A stretch of 64,000 nt of DNA, from positions 197,098,001 to 197,162,000 of the forward strand of contig OX597814.1 of assembly GCA_951406725.2 (NCBI GenBank), read 5' to 3'. The stretch's first letter is position 1. Every line of letters starts with the position of its first letter. Source of the stretch: Octopus vulgaris (Eukaryota). Below the pieces are notes generated by a model. It was not told the origin of the DNA. It did no database searches and worked only from the letters and a program-made list of their open reading frames with translations. A program made the position numbers and the translations under genes. Shown piece after piece: positions 25,398 through 40,092 of this stretch.

Positions 25398-27219
25398 TAT
25401 ATACTGAAAGGAAATTAAAGACTGTAGTATTTCACGAGATAGGTCGTTGTTTATCTCCAGGTCAAATCTGATTGTGTAGGTTCGATATCAAAGATATTCT
25501 AGCCGTGAATAACTCATGCTATCTACGACTACATTATCCAATGTATTTTTGACTTTATTTGTGGTGATATGTTATCATTTGGTGACTGTTTAGCTGCTAA
25601 TATTAGCAGGTTTTGTGGTTATGGAAAGAATCTCTTGTGGAATCATACAACAGATATCCCGTTGCGTACTCGAGCAGAAAAGTTAATCTTAAATAACTGC
25701 GCCTAAGAAATTGGTCAGGGAGTTGTAGCAGCAAATGTTGACAAACGAAAAACACCATTGACTATGCTGAAACTTCAAATGAAGTCCTCACTACTCTTTT
25801 GATTCCTAAAATAAGGTAATTATAACAACAACAAAAAAGAGAGAAAAAGGGCTACATCAAAACTCAATTCTTCGTTTCGAAAATGGCATTTTAATTTTGA
25901 CCTTATTTATGGAAATATTTATAAATATTTTAGGAAGGCGATAGTAAAGAGAACAGCATTTTCTTGCAAGTCTTGTCTCTTTCTCAAAAGATGCAAAACT
26001 GTCAGTGAAATTCATATGCTGGTGTTTATATTTTAAAGAACATTCTGTGACCAAAATCCGAATACGAATATTTCGCAATTTGAAAAAAAAAATTTTCTTT
26101 TAATCAAGTGAACACAGGATTTAAGTCAGAAACTTCTCACTCTTATTTAAAATCAAAATATTCGTTACATATATGAGTATGAGGAATAATAATAGATATT
26201 TACAATAAGTGAGATGACAGAATAGATCGCGATTTTGAGTTTATTTGCCTAACATTTCACAGAGATCAATATTTCTTTTCCTGCTTTAGGGTTTAATAGA
26301 ATACCTAAGGAATAAGAACTGGGGGCGATACAATAAACCCTTATAAACAAACAAAACAATGGGGTCACGTTTATAAATGTAAATAAGAGTGTGTAAGCAT
26401 GTATGTATGGATAGATGTATGTTCGTACGTATGTATGTATGTACGTGTATGCAACCATTAAGTGTACGTTTGTACCTACACTAATGTGCGTTAATACATA
26501 TAAGCTGATAAACATATTTTAAATAAATTAACCTTGAAGGAAATTGCAAGTATAAATTTCAATATAATACTTAAAATGTGACAATCTCCTTTCCTTAAAT
26601 CTTCATATAACCACCAGGTTTTTCTGAAAATGTGTTTTGACATTTTTCTTCTCTCGTTGACATTTGTGGAGGATAAATGACATTTATACATCTTTTGTGT
26701 TGTGTATAGTGATTGTGAATGATTTTCTTCAATATTCTTCGACAAGAGTGAAACTTTCTATATTTATTGAACTTTTATTGGAATGGCTCTGAACGTTTCT
26801 GACCTTTCTAACAATTACGATATTTTTATAAAGTCTCCCTACTTATAAGTAAATATGTTATACGTCTACCACTTAGCAATGTACAAAACATTTTTTAGTG
26901 AACAGTATCGATATAATTCGGATTTGTACCAAACTATTAAAACTGTACGAAATGTATTTCAAGTTGTAAAACCAACAGGAGATACATATTGCCTATATAT
27001 AGACACAGGATGCATTATCGAACAAATTACGAAACTAATAGAACTTCAGTGCAAGTTAAGTTACAAAACAAACGTTGATTCGCTTAAAATCATGAATCCG
27101 ATATTAAACTCCATGTTGATGTTTAACCGCAGGTCAGCAATGATTGAGTTGAACTCTTTCGATAATTATTTCATTATGATTATCTCTGCGCCAGATTAAA
27201 TGCTTAACTGTTTTTCTTC

Positions 27220-27372
27220 TGGCTTTACGTTGAATTCAAATTCCGCCGAGGTCGAGTTTGCTTTTCACCCTTTCAGGCCCGATAAAATACGTACCTCTTG
27301 AGGACTGGGGTTAATGTAGTCGACTAGACCCCTCCCCAGAAAATGGTAGGCATTTTGGTTATAGTAAGAAAA
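27220..27372 (+). mobile_element. SINE family B, 5'-eroded short-tail copy
   Basis: ttcaaattccgccgaggtcgagtttgcttttca...ctgggg...tcgactagacccctcccc. Confidence 0.8.
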
Positions 27373-27460
27373 TTTTCATTGTGATCACTCCTTATACATT
27401 CAAATACGGCAAATTACAGACCCTGTTACGCACGGCATGATCAGTATTGGCTGATATGCC

Positions 27461-27500
<40 letters not shown>

Positions 27501-27799
27501 TATGTATGTATGTATGTATGTATGTATGTATGTATGTATGTATGTATGTGTGTGTGTATTGTTAAAATTGATATATGAAATTTATATATACATATATAGC
27601 AACAGAAGCATCGTCCCCTATGGGTCTGCTGCATTTAGGTGGCAACTATACTTCACGATATATATATATATTGATAAGAAAGGTAAGACAACAAAAGAAT
27701 GAAAGAGACCTCGATATTATGTAAATAGAGGAATTTATCTGTAAATATATGTGACAATTATTCGTTAGCCATGATAGAGAGAGAGAGAGAATGTGCGTG

Positions 27800-28053
27800 T
27801 GTTTGTATGTATGTATGTATATGTTTCTGTTTGCCCCCCGCCATCGCTTGGCAACCGATGTTGGTGTGTTTAGGTCTCCGTAACTATACGACGGGCGTAT
27901 TTCAATTTCCGTCTACCAAATCCACTCACAAGGCTTTGGAAGGTCCGCGGTTGTAATAAAAGTTACGTGCTCAAGGTGCCACGCAGTGATACTGAACCCG
28001 TGACCATGTGGTTGAGAAGGAAGAAGCAAGCATCTTACTGCACAGCCACAGCC
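27800..28053. mobile_element. Rearranged family-A SINE (middle segment inverted relative to head)
   Basis: ~27820-27885 is the middle segment on +; ~27887-28053 is the head on -. Confidence 0.75.
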
Positions 28054-28741
28054 ATATTTTCTACACGTTGTAGAAAATATTTGATGCATACTTTTTGAGT
28101 AAAAAAACATAGTATATCAATATAAAAGAAAACAGATATATTATAATATAAAACAACTGAATAGATGTATTAAACTGCATGCCAGTCAATTTCCTATTTT
28201 CATGCAAACAAACGTTGTTTGGCTTTTGTGATTTCTACTTAATGTAATGTTAGAAAAATTATAACTATAATATTTTTACATGATTGAAAATATCTCAACA
28301 GGATTAACATAGGTTACATGCTTTTTTATAGCACATATTTCAATATTACATGAATATTACATCACCAAAATCTGATCGACTTTGACTGCATCAGGACGTA
28401 TGTATGTATACGACTACATTTTCAAACAGCTATTATCTTTGGTATTAGATTTCTTCAAATAGTACTTGCGTCTCAACAAACGATAATTCAAAAGTAAGCA
28501 ATTCATGATAATATTGGAAACTACATTAATGCACAGATTGAGTATGTAAAATATTTATGGATTTTTAGAAAAATAAATGCCAAAATATAGAAAAAAAAAG
28601 AATTAAGTTTTTAGTTTATATCCAGTTTAGTTGTTGTTAAACAAAAATATGTTATTTCTGAATTAAATATATACGATATTTTCTTAAAAGGAAATGAGTA
28701 CTCGATCTTTTCTTCTCATGTCCTCCCTCTCCTTATCTCAC

Positions 28742-28805
<64 letters not shown>

Positions 28806-28895
28806 GGATAGATAGATAGATAGATAGATTGACCGATATAGATATATATAGATATATGTATATATGCTTATATATATATATATATATATATATAT

Positions 28896-29170
28896 AGATA
28901 TACATTCATATATATGTATATATGTTAATATATATAGATATACATTCATATATACGTATATATGTTAATATATATAGATATACATTCATATATATGTATA
29001 TATGTTAATATATATAGATATACATTCATATATATGTATATATGTTAATATATATAGATATACATTCATATATATGTATATATGTTAATATATATAGATA
29101 TACATTCATATATATGTATATTTGCTAATATATATAGATATACATTCATATATATGTATATATATTCATA
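28896..29170. repeat. 40-bp minisatellite, ~6.7 copies
   Basis: Unit AGATATACATTCATATATATGTATATATGTTAATATATAT starting at 28896, 28936, 28976, 29016, 29056, 29096 and 29136. Confidence 0.95.
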
Positions 29171-29329
29171 TATATGTGTGTGTGTGTGTGTGTGTGTATG
29201 CATGTAAATATATTCTACCTACCTATCTATCTAGTTGTTTATATCTATCTCTTTGTCTATCTATCTGTCTATCTGTCTATCTATCTGTCTATCTATCTAT
29301 CTATCTATCTATCTATTATATATATCTAT

Positions 29330-29383
<54 letters not shown>

Positions 29384-29386
<3 letters not shown>

Positions 29387-29555
29387 AGGCATGGTTCTGT
29401 GGCCGAGCTCACGATCATGAGTTAGTGAGTTCCATTCTCGGACTGGGTGACAAGCTCTAACGGCTTTTGCATATCCCTTATATAACATCCGTGGCATGGA
29501 CAAGAGAGGGTGTGCTTTCTCTGCCGGACTTGTGTCATGACCGAAGTGATGGTCT
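29384..29555 (+). mobile_element. SINE family D, internally deleted and diverged
   Basis: gagctcacgatcatgag head and gtcatgaccgaag end as in 2593-2926; follows (GT)n. Confidence 0.65.
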
Positions 29556-31177
29556 TTAATTTTTATTCTTAATTTTCAATTCGTAATTTTTAATCCTTAA
29601 TGCTTAATTGTATTGCTTATCTTGAAAGGGATGTAAAATTAGAAATATAACGTTTTGAAATAGAACCTGAAGATACGTAGGAATAATTGTAAATCTGTCG
29701 ATTGCATATATGTATGATCTAATTAATGATGAGCAATAAAGTATGATCTAATTAATGAAGTATATTTTATACTTAGCTGGTAATTTTGGTTATATCTTTT
29801 AAGTATAATTCCTTGATGTGCAAACTGATACCATGAGTTTACTGTCAGATATACTCATTAGGTTCTTTTGCATTATCTGAAATAGAATACCCGCATATCG
29901 ATTAATCCCCCAAATTGAATTGATATTGACTTTTATCAGAAATCTTGTATATTTATAGATACATTTATAAATATGCGATAAATAAGACCCCCAAGTACGA
30001 TATCTAGATGCATATAACGCTGAAAAGTTGCACCTGATTGACTTGGAAATTTGTTTTCCAAAATCTTATATACATACGTTCACACGTGCATACATGCATA
30101 GATACATACATACATACATACATACATACAGATAAACATGAATACATACATCAAAAAATATATCAAAGTTCCTTCCACAGACTTAGGCTCATAATATTAG
30201 TTTCACAGAATCAGTGCCGTAAATTCTGCCCCCCCCCCCCCCACACACACACACATAATAACACCTGGATGGAACGCCCATCCGTCACAGAATTGCTCAT
30301 CTTTGTTAACAGCCTCAACTGGAACAATGTGAAATGTAATATTTGCTCAAGGAACGAACACATCACCCGGTTCACTAACCGAAACCATTAACTTATGATT
30401 ATATTGGTTCCAGATGTGCCTACATCTCGGTAGGAAACGCAGATGAGAGAGAGGCATTAAACTCCCTGATTCACCAAATTCCACATATCAGAAGAAGTTT
30501 TAAATAATGCTGAAGCACAGCCAACAGTGGTGCCACAGCATGGCCGCAGCTTTAAAGTTGAAACAAATTTAATCTTAGAGACTAAAGATTTGTGCAACAT
30601 CCTAGCCACTAATTCACAAGCCACCTCCACACATACGATATGTAAGTGGAACAGTAGACTTTCGCAAGAGTTTTCAGAAGTTAAAAATGTGACACCGTTT
30701 TAATATTTCAACGATTGTGCTTTGTATGAGGGTTAGAAACCAGCTCCTTCCTCAGAGGACGTATTTAAGTAATTAGACATAAAAGAAAATACATACATAC
30801 GGATATACACACATACATATATACGGAGATACACACATACATACATACGGAGATACACACTTACATACAAACACACATACATACACACACACATTAACAC
30901 ACATAACTATACAATCATTGATATATACATACATAAATACATATACATGTGTACATACATACCTGAACTAAAAATGTCAACAATGATAGCGCAGTCCATA
31001 ATTTACTTTGAGATCAATAAAAGGTCAACACATGTCACTGGAAACAAAACCAAAGGCAAAAGCCAAAAAAAAAAGAAACTAAAAATCACTGTAAAAAGAA
31101 ATAACAAACAACTTTTAGCTTTGGAGAAATCTGAGGAATTGCCAGAGAGTCAAGTGTCATGACCTAATTAATCATTT

Positions 31178-31218
<41 letters not shown>

Positions 31219-31220
31219 CA

Positions 31221-31290
<70 letters not shown>

Positions 31291-31358
31291 CACACACAAA
31301 CACAACATATATACATGTATGCACACAACATATATATATATGTATACATACACACAAC

Positions 31359-31392
<34 letters not shown>

Positions 31393-32587
31393 ATAGATAC
31401 ACACACAGCATGCATATATATGTATACATACATACACATATACTTACACCTACATCCACATTCACATACACATATGAAAAATATAATTTTTGTATTTCAT
31501 TTTTAGTTTAATTCGTGACATTTTGCTTTTTAACCACTTCACTACGAGCTAAATGTTGTTTACCACTTTCAGCACGTCTTTTGAACCGCGCGGTTCCAAG
31601 TTCTATCCCGTTAGGCAAGTGACTCGGTTATAGTTTTAGGCTGGCAGTGAAATTTCATAGATGAAATCAATGGAATTCTTTGCTCATGCGTGCATACACG
31701 TGCGTGTATGTCTGTGTGTGTGTGCGTGTGCATCTGTATGTGCAGTTGTGTGTTTGTGTTTGTGTGTCTGTGCGTGTGTTTGCGTTTGTTTCTGTATGTG
31801 TAGTTGTGTGTTTGTGTATGTGCGTGTGCATGTGTTCTGTGTGTGTGAGTCTGTCATTTTAGGGCTTCAGCATGTTGCTAACTGTTATCAACTATACATT
31901 GTTTGACACAAAGGTCTGTTCCTCACCATGGCCGCCACCCAATGAGCGAAGCCATACGTGTGAGCGCCTGCGTGTATGTGTGTGTGTATACGTGTATATT
32001 CACGCTAGCGTGTGCTTATGCTTTTGTTTGTATATGTGTGTGATTCTGGGATTGTTTTACACACATGCAAACGAGTCAGTGTATGAGTGTGTGTTCTATG
32101 TAAACATGAGCATACACACACATATTTCTTAGTGTTTTGAGTTATTTGGTAATTTTCTCGTATATATATTTTTGAATTTGATTAAAGCTGAAACTTTTCT
32201 ACAAAATATATAATGTTCTCGAAGAGAGCCTTCAGAAGAGTGTTCAATTACGTGACATTTTCAAACAAGATTATTTCTGGATTAGAAAGCAATATTTCAG
32301 TTTGTTGGAAATAAGATACTTCCAATTTTGCTAATCTAAGCTACCTGAAAAGTAAATTCACCTTCCTGTTACATTGTTAAAGCTTTAATAGTCAGTGCGT
32401 CTGTTGCTAATTGTCTACGAGGTAAAATCTGAAATATTTCCGTAAGAAAACGGAAGGAAGTCCCTCCGGTTTAAAAACAATGCATTAAAATATTTGTTCA
32501 TCATTTTAGAATAAGATATCTAAAGGAAGAAAAAACGGTTCTGCTGACATTTGCAGTCTCTCAAAAGCATGAATGAGACCTCGTGTT

Positions 32588-32827
32588 ACTCTTTACTCTT
32601 TTCTCTCTGTTATTTGTTTCAGCCATTTGACTGCGGTCATGCTGTAGCATTGCCTTTAGTCGAGCAAATAGACCTCAACACTTATTCTTTGTAAACCTAG
32701 TACTTATTCTATCAGTCCCTTTTGCCGAACAGCTATGTGACGGGGACGTAAACACACCAGCATCGGTTATCAAGCGATGTTGGTGGGGACAAACACAGAC
32801 CCACAAACATATACACACACGTACGTA

Positions 32828-32865
<38 letters not shown>

Positions 32866-33063
32866 GTATATATATATATGTATGTATATATATATATATA
32901 AGACTGGCTTCTTTCAGTTTCCGTCTACCAAATCCACTCACAAGGCTTTGGTCGGCCCGGAGGTATACTAGAAGACACTTGCCAAGGTGCTACGCAGTGG
33001 GACTGAACCCGCAACCATGTGGTTGGTAAGCAAGCTACATACCACACAGTCACTCCTGCACTC
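32588..33063 (-). mobile_element. SINE family A, full length with expanded internal (TA)n
   Basis: Colinear with 22614-23026. Confidence 0.92.
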
Positions 33064-33338
33064 CTGTGCAGTATCTTGAGGAAATATATTCTTATATATA
33101 TTTGTATTCAAGACTGCGAACTAGCAAAATCGTTTGCGAGCCAGAAACATTTTCTGGTGTCATTCCGTCCGTCTTCATGTTCTGCATTCAAATTCTATGG
33201 GAGTCATATTCGTCTTTCATCCTTTCGGAATCGAAAAAATAAATTCCAGTTGATCACTGGAATTGATATGATCGATTTAACCCTACATCAAAATTTCTGA
33301 CTTTGCGCCAAACCTTGAAGTCAATATATATTGGTATC

Positions 33339-33638
33339 GTGGAGGCGCAATGGCGCAGTGGTTATGGCAGCGGTGTCGCGGTTTCGATTCCCAGACCGGG
33401 CGTTGTGTGTGTTTATTGAGCAAAAACACCGAAAAGCTCCACGAGGCTCCGACAGGGGGTGGTGGTAACCCCTGTTGTACTCTTTCGCCACAACTTTCTC
33501 TCACTCTCTCTCTTCCTGTTTCTTGAGTAACACTGCGATGGACTGGTGTCACGTCCAGCTGGGGGGGAACACATACGCCACAGAAACCGGGATACCGGGC
33601 CCATGATGCTGGCTAGGCTTGAAAAGGGGAGACGAAAG
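33339..33638 (+). mobile_element. SINE family C with C2 tail
   Basis: GTGGAGGCGCAATGGCGCAGTGG head, GTTTCGATTCC B-box, tail ctgcgatggactgg...cagaaaccggga...; TSD ATATATTGGTATC (33326-33338) / ATATATTTGTATC (33639-33651). A diverged B copy precedes it at ~33110-33320. Confidence 0.9.
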
Positions 33639-34470
33639 ATATATTTGTATCCACTGAAGTATTGTGAATGAAAACGGATTAATGTATAATGTGTGGAAGC
33701 CGGTAGAATTCACTGTACTTGTTCATTTTTTGCCCCAAGGTTTAGTCGCATCATGTGTCCCTCGAGTGCCTTGAGACCAGTTCTGCTCAGCGCAAGGTTT
33801 CGGATCGGGTATCTGGCCTGAGAATAAAATAATATTCGTCCCTTTCCTCCATATAGTAAGCTATGCAAAAGTCCTGGGCAGTGGCATTTGTCCTCTCACC
33901 AAATCATAAGAACAAAGAAAAAATAAATAAAATAAAATAAAAAGAAACATTTAAAAGGAAAATTGGATAAAAGATGCTTCGAACGTTTGAAATTCCCAAG
34001 AATGATTCATCGGAGTAACAGACTTAGTAAACGTTGTTTAACTTTGGTAAGCAGACGGGAACGAATGTTTTCAGTGTAAGATAGCCAGAAGCTGTTTATG
34101 TATATCTGCTCTTTTGTTATGAATGAATGTTGAATAATATGATGTTCCCATTGGCTTTGAAGTGAGTTATACCAATAAATATGTTGTAGCTTGTTTTGTA
34201 AATTTTGGTGTTATTCCAAGAGTACTGAGTGCAGTAGAAATGGATACAGCGAAACAAAAGAGGCATTTATCTTTATTCATGATGTTTTGCAAGAATGTGA
34301 TAAATAGTTGGTCGTTCGTAGATTCAGCTATGTCGAAGCATTTTATTGTAGTCAGCTAAATAGTGGAATGCCTTATACTGACTGGCCCAGTGTACGTTGT
34401 TTTCTCGGTTTTGCTAATGAATTTCAATGGCCCTTAGAACAATCTATCTATCTATTTCTGTGTCTATTTG

Positions 34471-34513
<43 letters not shown>

Positions 34514-34577
34514 CTTTGTTTATCAGTCCATTTATGCCTGTTTCTTTTTTCTCTCTTCGTCTCCCTGCACACACACA

Positions 34578-34621
<44 letters not shown>

Positions 34622-34789
34622 AAGATGCACACACACACACACAAATATATAATATATATATATATATACGTGTGTAGTTATTTATTAATATAAAGTATAT
34701 ATCTCCCCCACTTTCCCTCTCTACATATATATATATATGTGTGTGTGTGTGTGTATCTCCCTATCTATCTCACTGTATAATATATATAT

Positions 34790-34799
<10 letters not shown>

Positions 34800-34820
<21 letters not shown>

Positions 34821-35027
34821 ATGTATGTATATGTATGTATATGTATGTTTGTATGTGTATGTATATATGTATGTATATATGTGTATGTATGTATATGTAT
34901 GTATGTATATGTATATATGTATGTATGTATATTTGTATGTATATATGTATGTATATATGTATGTATATATGTATATATATATATGTATGTATGTATATAT
35001 GTATGTATGTATATGTATGTATATATG

Positions 35028-35064
<37 letters not shown>

Positions 35065-35080
35065 GTATGTATGTATATCA
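34800..35080. repeat. (TATG)n/(TA)n compound microsatellite
   Basis: Direct reading. Confidence 0.95.
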
Positions 35081-36429
35081 TATTGGTGGCTTATTTATAT
35101 CTCAGTGCATTTATTGCTATGTGCGTAACAGTTTACATTATATTAAACATCGTGCATTCATAGGGACTATTTACTACTAATTAACGACACAACAGAATGC
35201 ACCAGAATTGGTAACATTCTACGATACAAAGTCGAACTATATTCTAAGAACACTAATTATGTGTCCTCACTATGCACTGGTTCCCCTTCTAACTTACCAT
35301 TATTTTATTTCTTTTCCTATTATGTTCCAACTACATTAAAGTATGCCAGGTTAAATTACTGCGTAGCTTTTTCTTTTTTCCTTTTTTTTTTTGATGTTCT
35401 TTATTTCCTCTCAAGATCGATCGTTTGTTTTTATTATTATGATTGATGTAAATGATTGGCAGAATCGGGACAGCATACGGACACAAAATGTCAAACGGTA
35501 TGAGTGATGTTGAGTTCAAAATCTATTCGAGGCCAGTAATCATCCTTTCATCGTATAGGGATCGATAACATAGAGTAATTTTCCTGAATCGCTTCGGAAT
35601 ATTTAATTTCTCAAATTTATGCCATTTTACCTCGTTATGGTGACTGTGGATTGTGGGGTGGGAATGGTTAGACAATCGGACATAAGGCACTAGTGTATTG
35701 ATTTGATTCCCTTAGCATAGGTCTTCAATTCCTCCAGGGACATGCACTATTATACATATATATGATTCGATTTCTTGAACCCTCGAATTCTGACCAACTT
35801 GACACAAGAAAGAGTATGGTAACATAGGAAGTGACTTGAGCATTCCAATCTTGGCAGAACCCGTCGGTGTTCAATTCTGTCACAGGTGATTTCCTTCTAG
35901 AATAAGGCAAAGAATCGGGGAGAGCAATCAACCGCACGACTAGACCAGTTTCTTTATATATTTAAACTGTTATAAACATATATATTGTATGTATATATGA
36001 TGATCGCTTCATCTTGACAAACGATAGTCGTCCTATCAACACACACATCACACCCCATCACGCAGCACAATCCTTCGGTTGATGAACCTTCAGATAACTT
36101 TTAAGAACAGCTGCTGACTGACAGGGTTTAAAATACAAGTGACAAATATTATTCACGCTGAAAGCCATATCGCCGACATATGCATATCACCCATGTAGTT
36201 GATAGATTGAAGATACGATGTAAAGTATAACTGGCCTTTCGAACTTTAGTGGATGCCCACACTAATTTGACCAATCTCAGAGAAACAAGCTGGCAACCTG
36301 TTCATTTAGTCAACTGTTTTTCTAGTTACAGAGAACTGAAGCTACTAATTTCAACAAAGAGAGCGTTAATATTTTATTTAATATCAGGGGACAAGCAGCG
36401 CATATCTCAGTTCACGCAATATTAAGGTA

Positions 36430-36517
<88 letters not shown>

Positions 36518-36685
36518 CTACCTCTCTACCTCTCCTACATACGGATCACAGTGGACTCTACTCTTGATGAGAAATCCTTGCAATACACCACTACGTCAAA
36601 AAACCATTGAACTTTACGTAAAACTGTTATTATTGTAATTACTTTATTTTCATATTTATTTTTATATTTTCTAAACTTTCCTGTA

Positions 36686-36878
36686 TAGCCACTACACACA
36701 TTTTTTCTCTCCTTGTTTCTCTCCTTGTTTTTTTCTGTGCCCCTTTCTATAGAAGAGCGTAGGCTCGAAACGTAAAATACTTTTTCTATTCCTAAGCGTT
36801 ATACTAATACATCTGTTTGTTTTGTAAACCACCTGTTTTCGTCTTTTGTTTTTTTGCTTTTTTTTGTAAACTCTCCCT
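36686..36878 (+). mobile_element. Family-E repeat (copy 4)
   Basis: 36744-36777 TTT-CTATAGA-A-GAGC-GTAG-GCTC-GAAAC-GTA-AAA; closely similar to 3342-3515. Confidence 0.65.
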
Positions 36879-37595
36879 ATATATGTATAAAACGAATGCT
36901 TGAAAAGCAAAGCTGACGCCATCAGAGTTTGAACTCCTAGCGCAGAGAGACAGAAAAGAAAACCGCAATGATTTCCTCCCAATATCCTAACGTCCTAACG
37001 ACTCGAAAGCACACTTGTATCAAAGATTGCTTTGTTTTCATTTTCGTTATTCTTAAAAAATGTTCGTTATTGCTGGTCGATATAATCGATTGCAGACTCC
37101 TTCAAAATTTGTCATGTTTTTTTTTGTTAGCTTTGGCGTTTTTTTTTTGTTTTTTTTTTACTATGTCTGAAGCTATTGTTAATGTATAAAATGAACCGAC
37201 TTGTCCTCTTCTATGGAGATCTGATATTGAAAGAAAGAAATATCGGCAATCTGTTATTTGTGATTCGACACGATCTATATTCATTACATAAACCGTGTGA
37301 TGCAATGATACGATGATACTTCATATAAGAAGGAAAATAAAACGAATTAAAATTAGAAAAGCTAAACTACGCGAAATGCTAACGTATGACACAGGAGATT
37401 GCTTCAGAACCACTCAATCTCGGTTTTGACCTCAGTGCACGGCTCTTCGGACAGGTGTTATCTACGGTCGCCTACGGTTGGCCAATCATTTTTTAGTGGA
37501 ATTTTGTCGATGCAGTCTGTGCTCAAAGCCAATCGTCTGGGTGTGTGTATGAGTGTTTGTACAAGTATTCTGGCTTACATGTGTTTATATGAACT

Positions 37596-37632
<37 letters not shown>

Positions 37633-37635
<3 letters not shown>

Positions 37636-37974
37636 CGCAGGAGTGGCTGTGTGGTGAGTTGCTTGCTTACCAACAACATTGTTCTGGGTTCATTCCCACT
37701 GCGTGGCACCTTGGGCAAGTGTCTTCTACTATAGCCTCGGGACGACAAAGCCTTGAGTGGATTTGGTAGACGGAAACTGAAGGAAGCCCATCGTATATAT
37801 GTATATATATATGTGTGAGTGTTTGTGTGTCAGTGTTTGTCGCCCCAACATCGCTTAAAAACCGATAGAATAAGTACTAGGCTTACAAAGAATAAGTCCT
37901 GGGGTCGATTTGCTCGACTAAAAGGCGGTGCTCCAACATGGCCGCAGTGAAATAACTGAAACAAGTAAAAGAGT
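37633..37974 (+). mobile_element. SINE family A with internal deletion between ACCGAT direct repeats
   Basis: Head follows (TA)n; the segment gctggtgtg...aaagac is missing at ~37865. Confidence 0.9.
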
Positions 37975-39374
37975 ATATACACATACGCGCGCACTCACAC
38001 ACATATATATATCTTTATATATTTGCGAGTGTGTGTGTATGTGTGTCTGTGTGTAGGATATAAACATCGGTGAGAAAACTGAAAGCAATATTGCTTTACA
38101 AACGAGGTATCCGACATCCAGCGAACCAGTCGTCTGCCATCTGGAAATAGATAACCAACGACGCTAGTTTTAACAAACTTAGACGGAGAAGGTATAAATA
38201 CAAAAAAATATATCATCAGATACATTTTCCGATACAGATTTAGGTCACACCACTCGAGAAATAAAACATAAATATATAAATAACTTTTCTAACTTTCTAA
38301 ATAAAACATTGATTTTATAGATGGTCCGATATAAAGAATGCTGTTTAAACGCCACGTCTCCGGAACCACCATTGGTCTATGTAATTTGTCTATTTCTTAA
38401 ACACAGTATAACATCTCACAAGCCTCTCCATCATTTAGCAATTTCTTTCGACAATTCTTTAAATCTTGCTACCATGCTGAGCTTTTCGCTAATGCTTTTG
38501 TTGTATTCCCATTTTTCTTGATATCAATCGTGGGACTGTAGGAGTGAAATTAAAAATTAATTCATCTCATTGTTAACCATTCATCACCTTGACATTTACA
38601 GTTGATATTGTTTTCATTATTCTATACATTGTTAACAGTGTTTCACTACTGTATCTCCGTAACAAATACGTGATTCTACTTCCTATTAGATCCATACGGG
38701 AACATTGTGTTCGGTAGTTTCTATTCTTATCCAAGAACATTTCATTAACTTTTCCTTCTCCCTTTCATTTGTTTCTCATTTATCATTCTCGCACCCACCT
38801 ATCAACGAATTCTAAATAAGTTCAAATATTGTAAACTCACCTCTCAGATGTCTACAAATTAGGTGTCTGACAATAAAAACGACAAAATCGTAGTTCTTGC
38901 TTTAGCTAAGATCTGTGTCCAATCTCGTCCATTAGCAAAGTAAAGCTAGTCTCAAGTCCGAGGACAAATGGAGACGGCTATCTCGTTTCTATGGCGTATA
39001 AGTGAGTCTACAACATTTCCCCCCGAATGGATCGCTACTCCATCGAAGGACTTCTCATTGACAGGTGAATGAATGGCAGCCAACACCCTATCTACTAATC
39101 TGTGCAACTTTATCCAGCAGACAATTTGTGACTGAAGACATTCTTTGGTTCAATTTACCCACTCCATTTAGCTCATCTAGAACAATATTCAATGAATACT
39201 TCCTTTAACAAGATAGTTAAAGGACAATTTGATCAACATTTTGCCGGTAATCCTTGTAGTCCAGAAAGAGTTGTGCGACTCACGAAAAAAGAAGTGGTTT
39301 TAAATTTAGCTTGAATTTCACCAAATAGCAAATAAATTGTTAATTCCTTGTATATTTCTTTAATATATTACCAA

Positions 39375-39765
39375 AGGAGGGCTATGTAGTAAGTCGCTTG
39401 CTTACCAACCACATGGTTCCGGATTCAGTCACACTGCGTAGCACCTTGGCCAAGTGTCTTCTACTATAGCCTCAGGCCGACCAAAGCCTTGTGAGTGGAT
39501 TTGGGAGACGGAAACTGAAAGAAGCCCGTCGTATGTATGTATATATATTTGTGCGTGTGTATCTGTGTTTGTCCCCCCTGCATCGCCTGACAACCAATGC
39601 TGGTGTGTTTAGGTCCCCGTAACTTTGCGGGTCGGCAAAAGTGGTCGGTAGAATAAGTACTAGGCTTACAAAAAATAAGTCCTGGGGTCGGTTTGCTCGA
39701 CTATAGGCGCCTTGCTCCAGCGTGGCCGCAGTCAAATGACTGAAACAAGTAAAAGAATAAAAGAA
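39375..39765 (+). mobile_element. SINE family A, full length
   Basis: Colinear with 44391-44783. Confidence 0.9.
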
Positions 39766-40009
39766 TATTTCTTTAGGTCTACTAATATGTTTAATATTTA
39801 ATTTTGTATTTATCCTTATTAAAATTGCCTTTTAATTTCTAATTCACTAGAATGCCTGCTTATGATACGATGATGTTATGACATACGTACCTATCTTTAT
39901 GTACAAGTGTAAATATATATATATATATATATATGTGTGTATATAATTATATGTGTGTGTGTGTGTGTGTATCTGTGTGTGTCTTTGTGTGCGTGTATCT
40001 GTGTGTGTC

Positions 40010-40092
<83 letters not shown>

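Noticed and set aside
28896-29170. CRISPR-like periodicity
   Set aside because: Contiguous tandem units without unique spacers; eukaryotic context; no cas genes.
38480-38525. QEKWEYNKS as an RTE reverse-transcriptase motif
   Set aside because: No flanking RT motifs in any frame that I could read.
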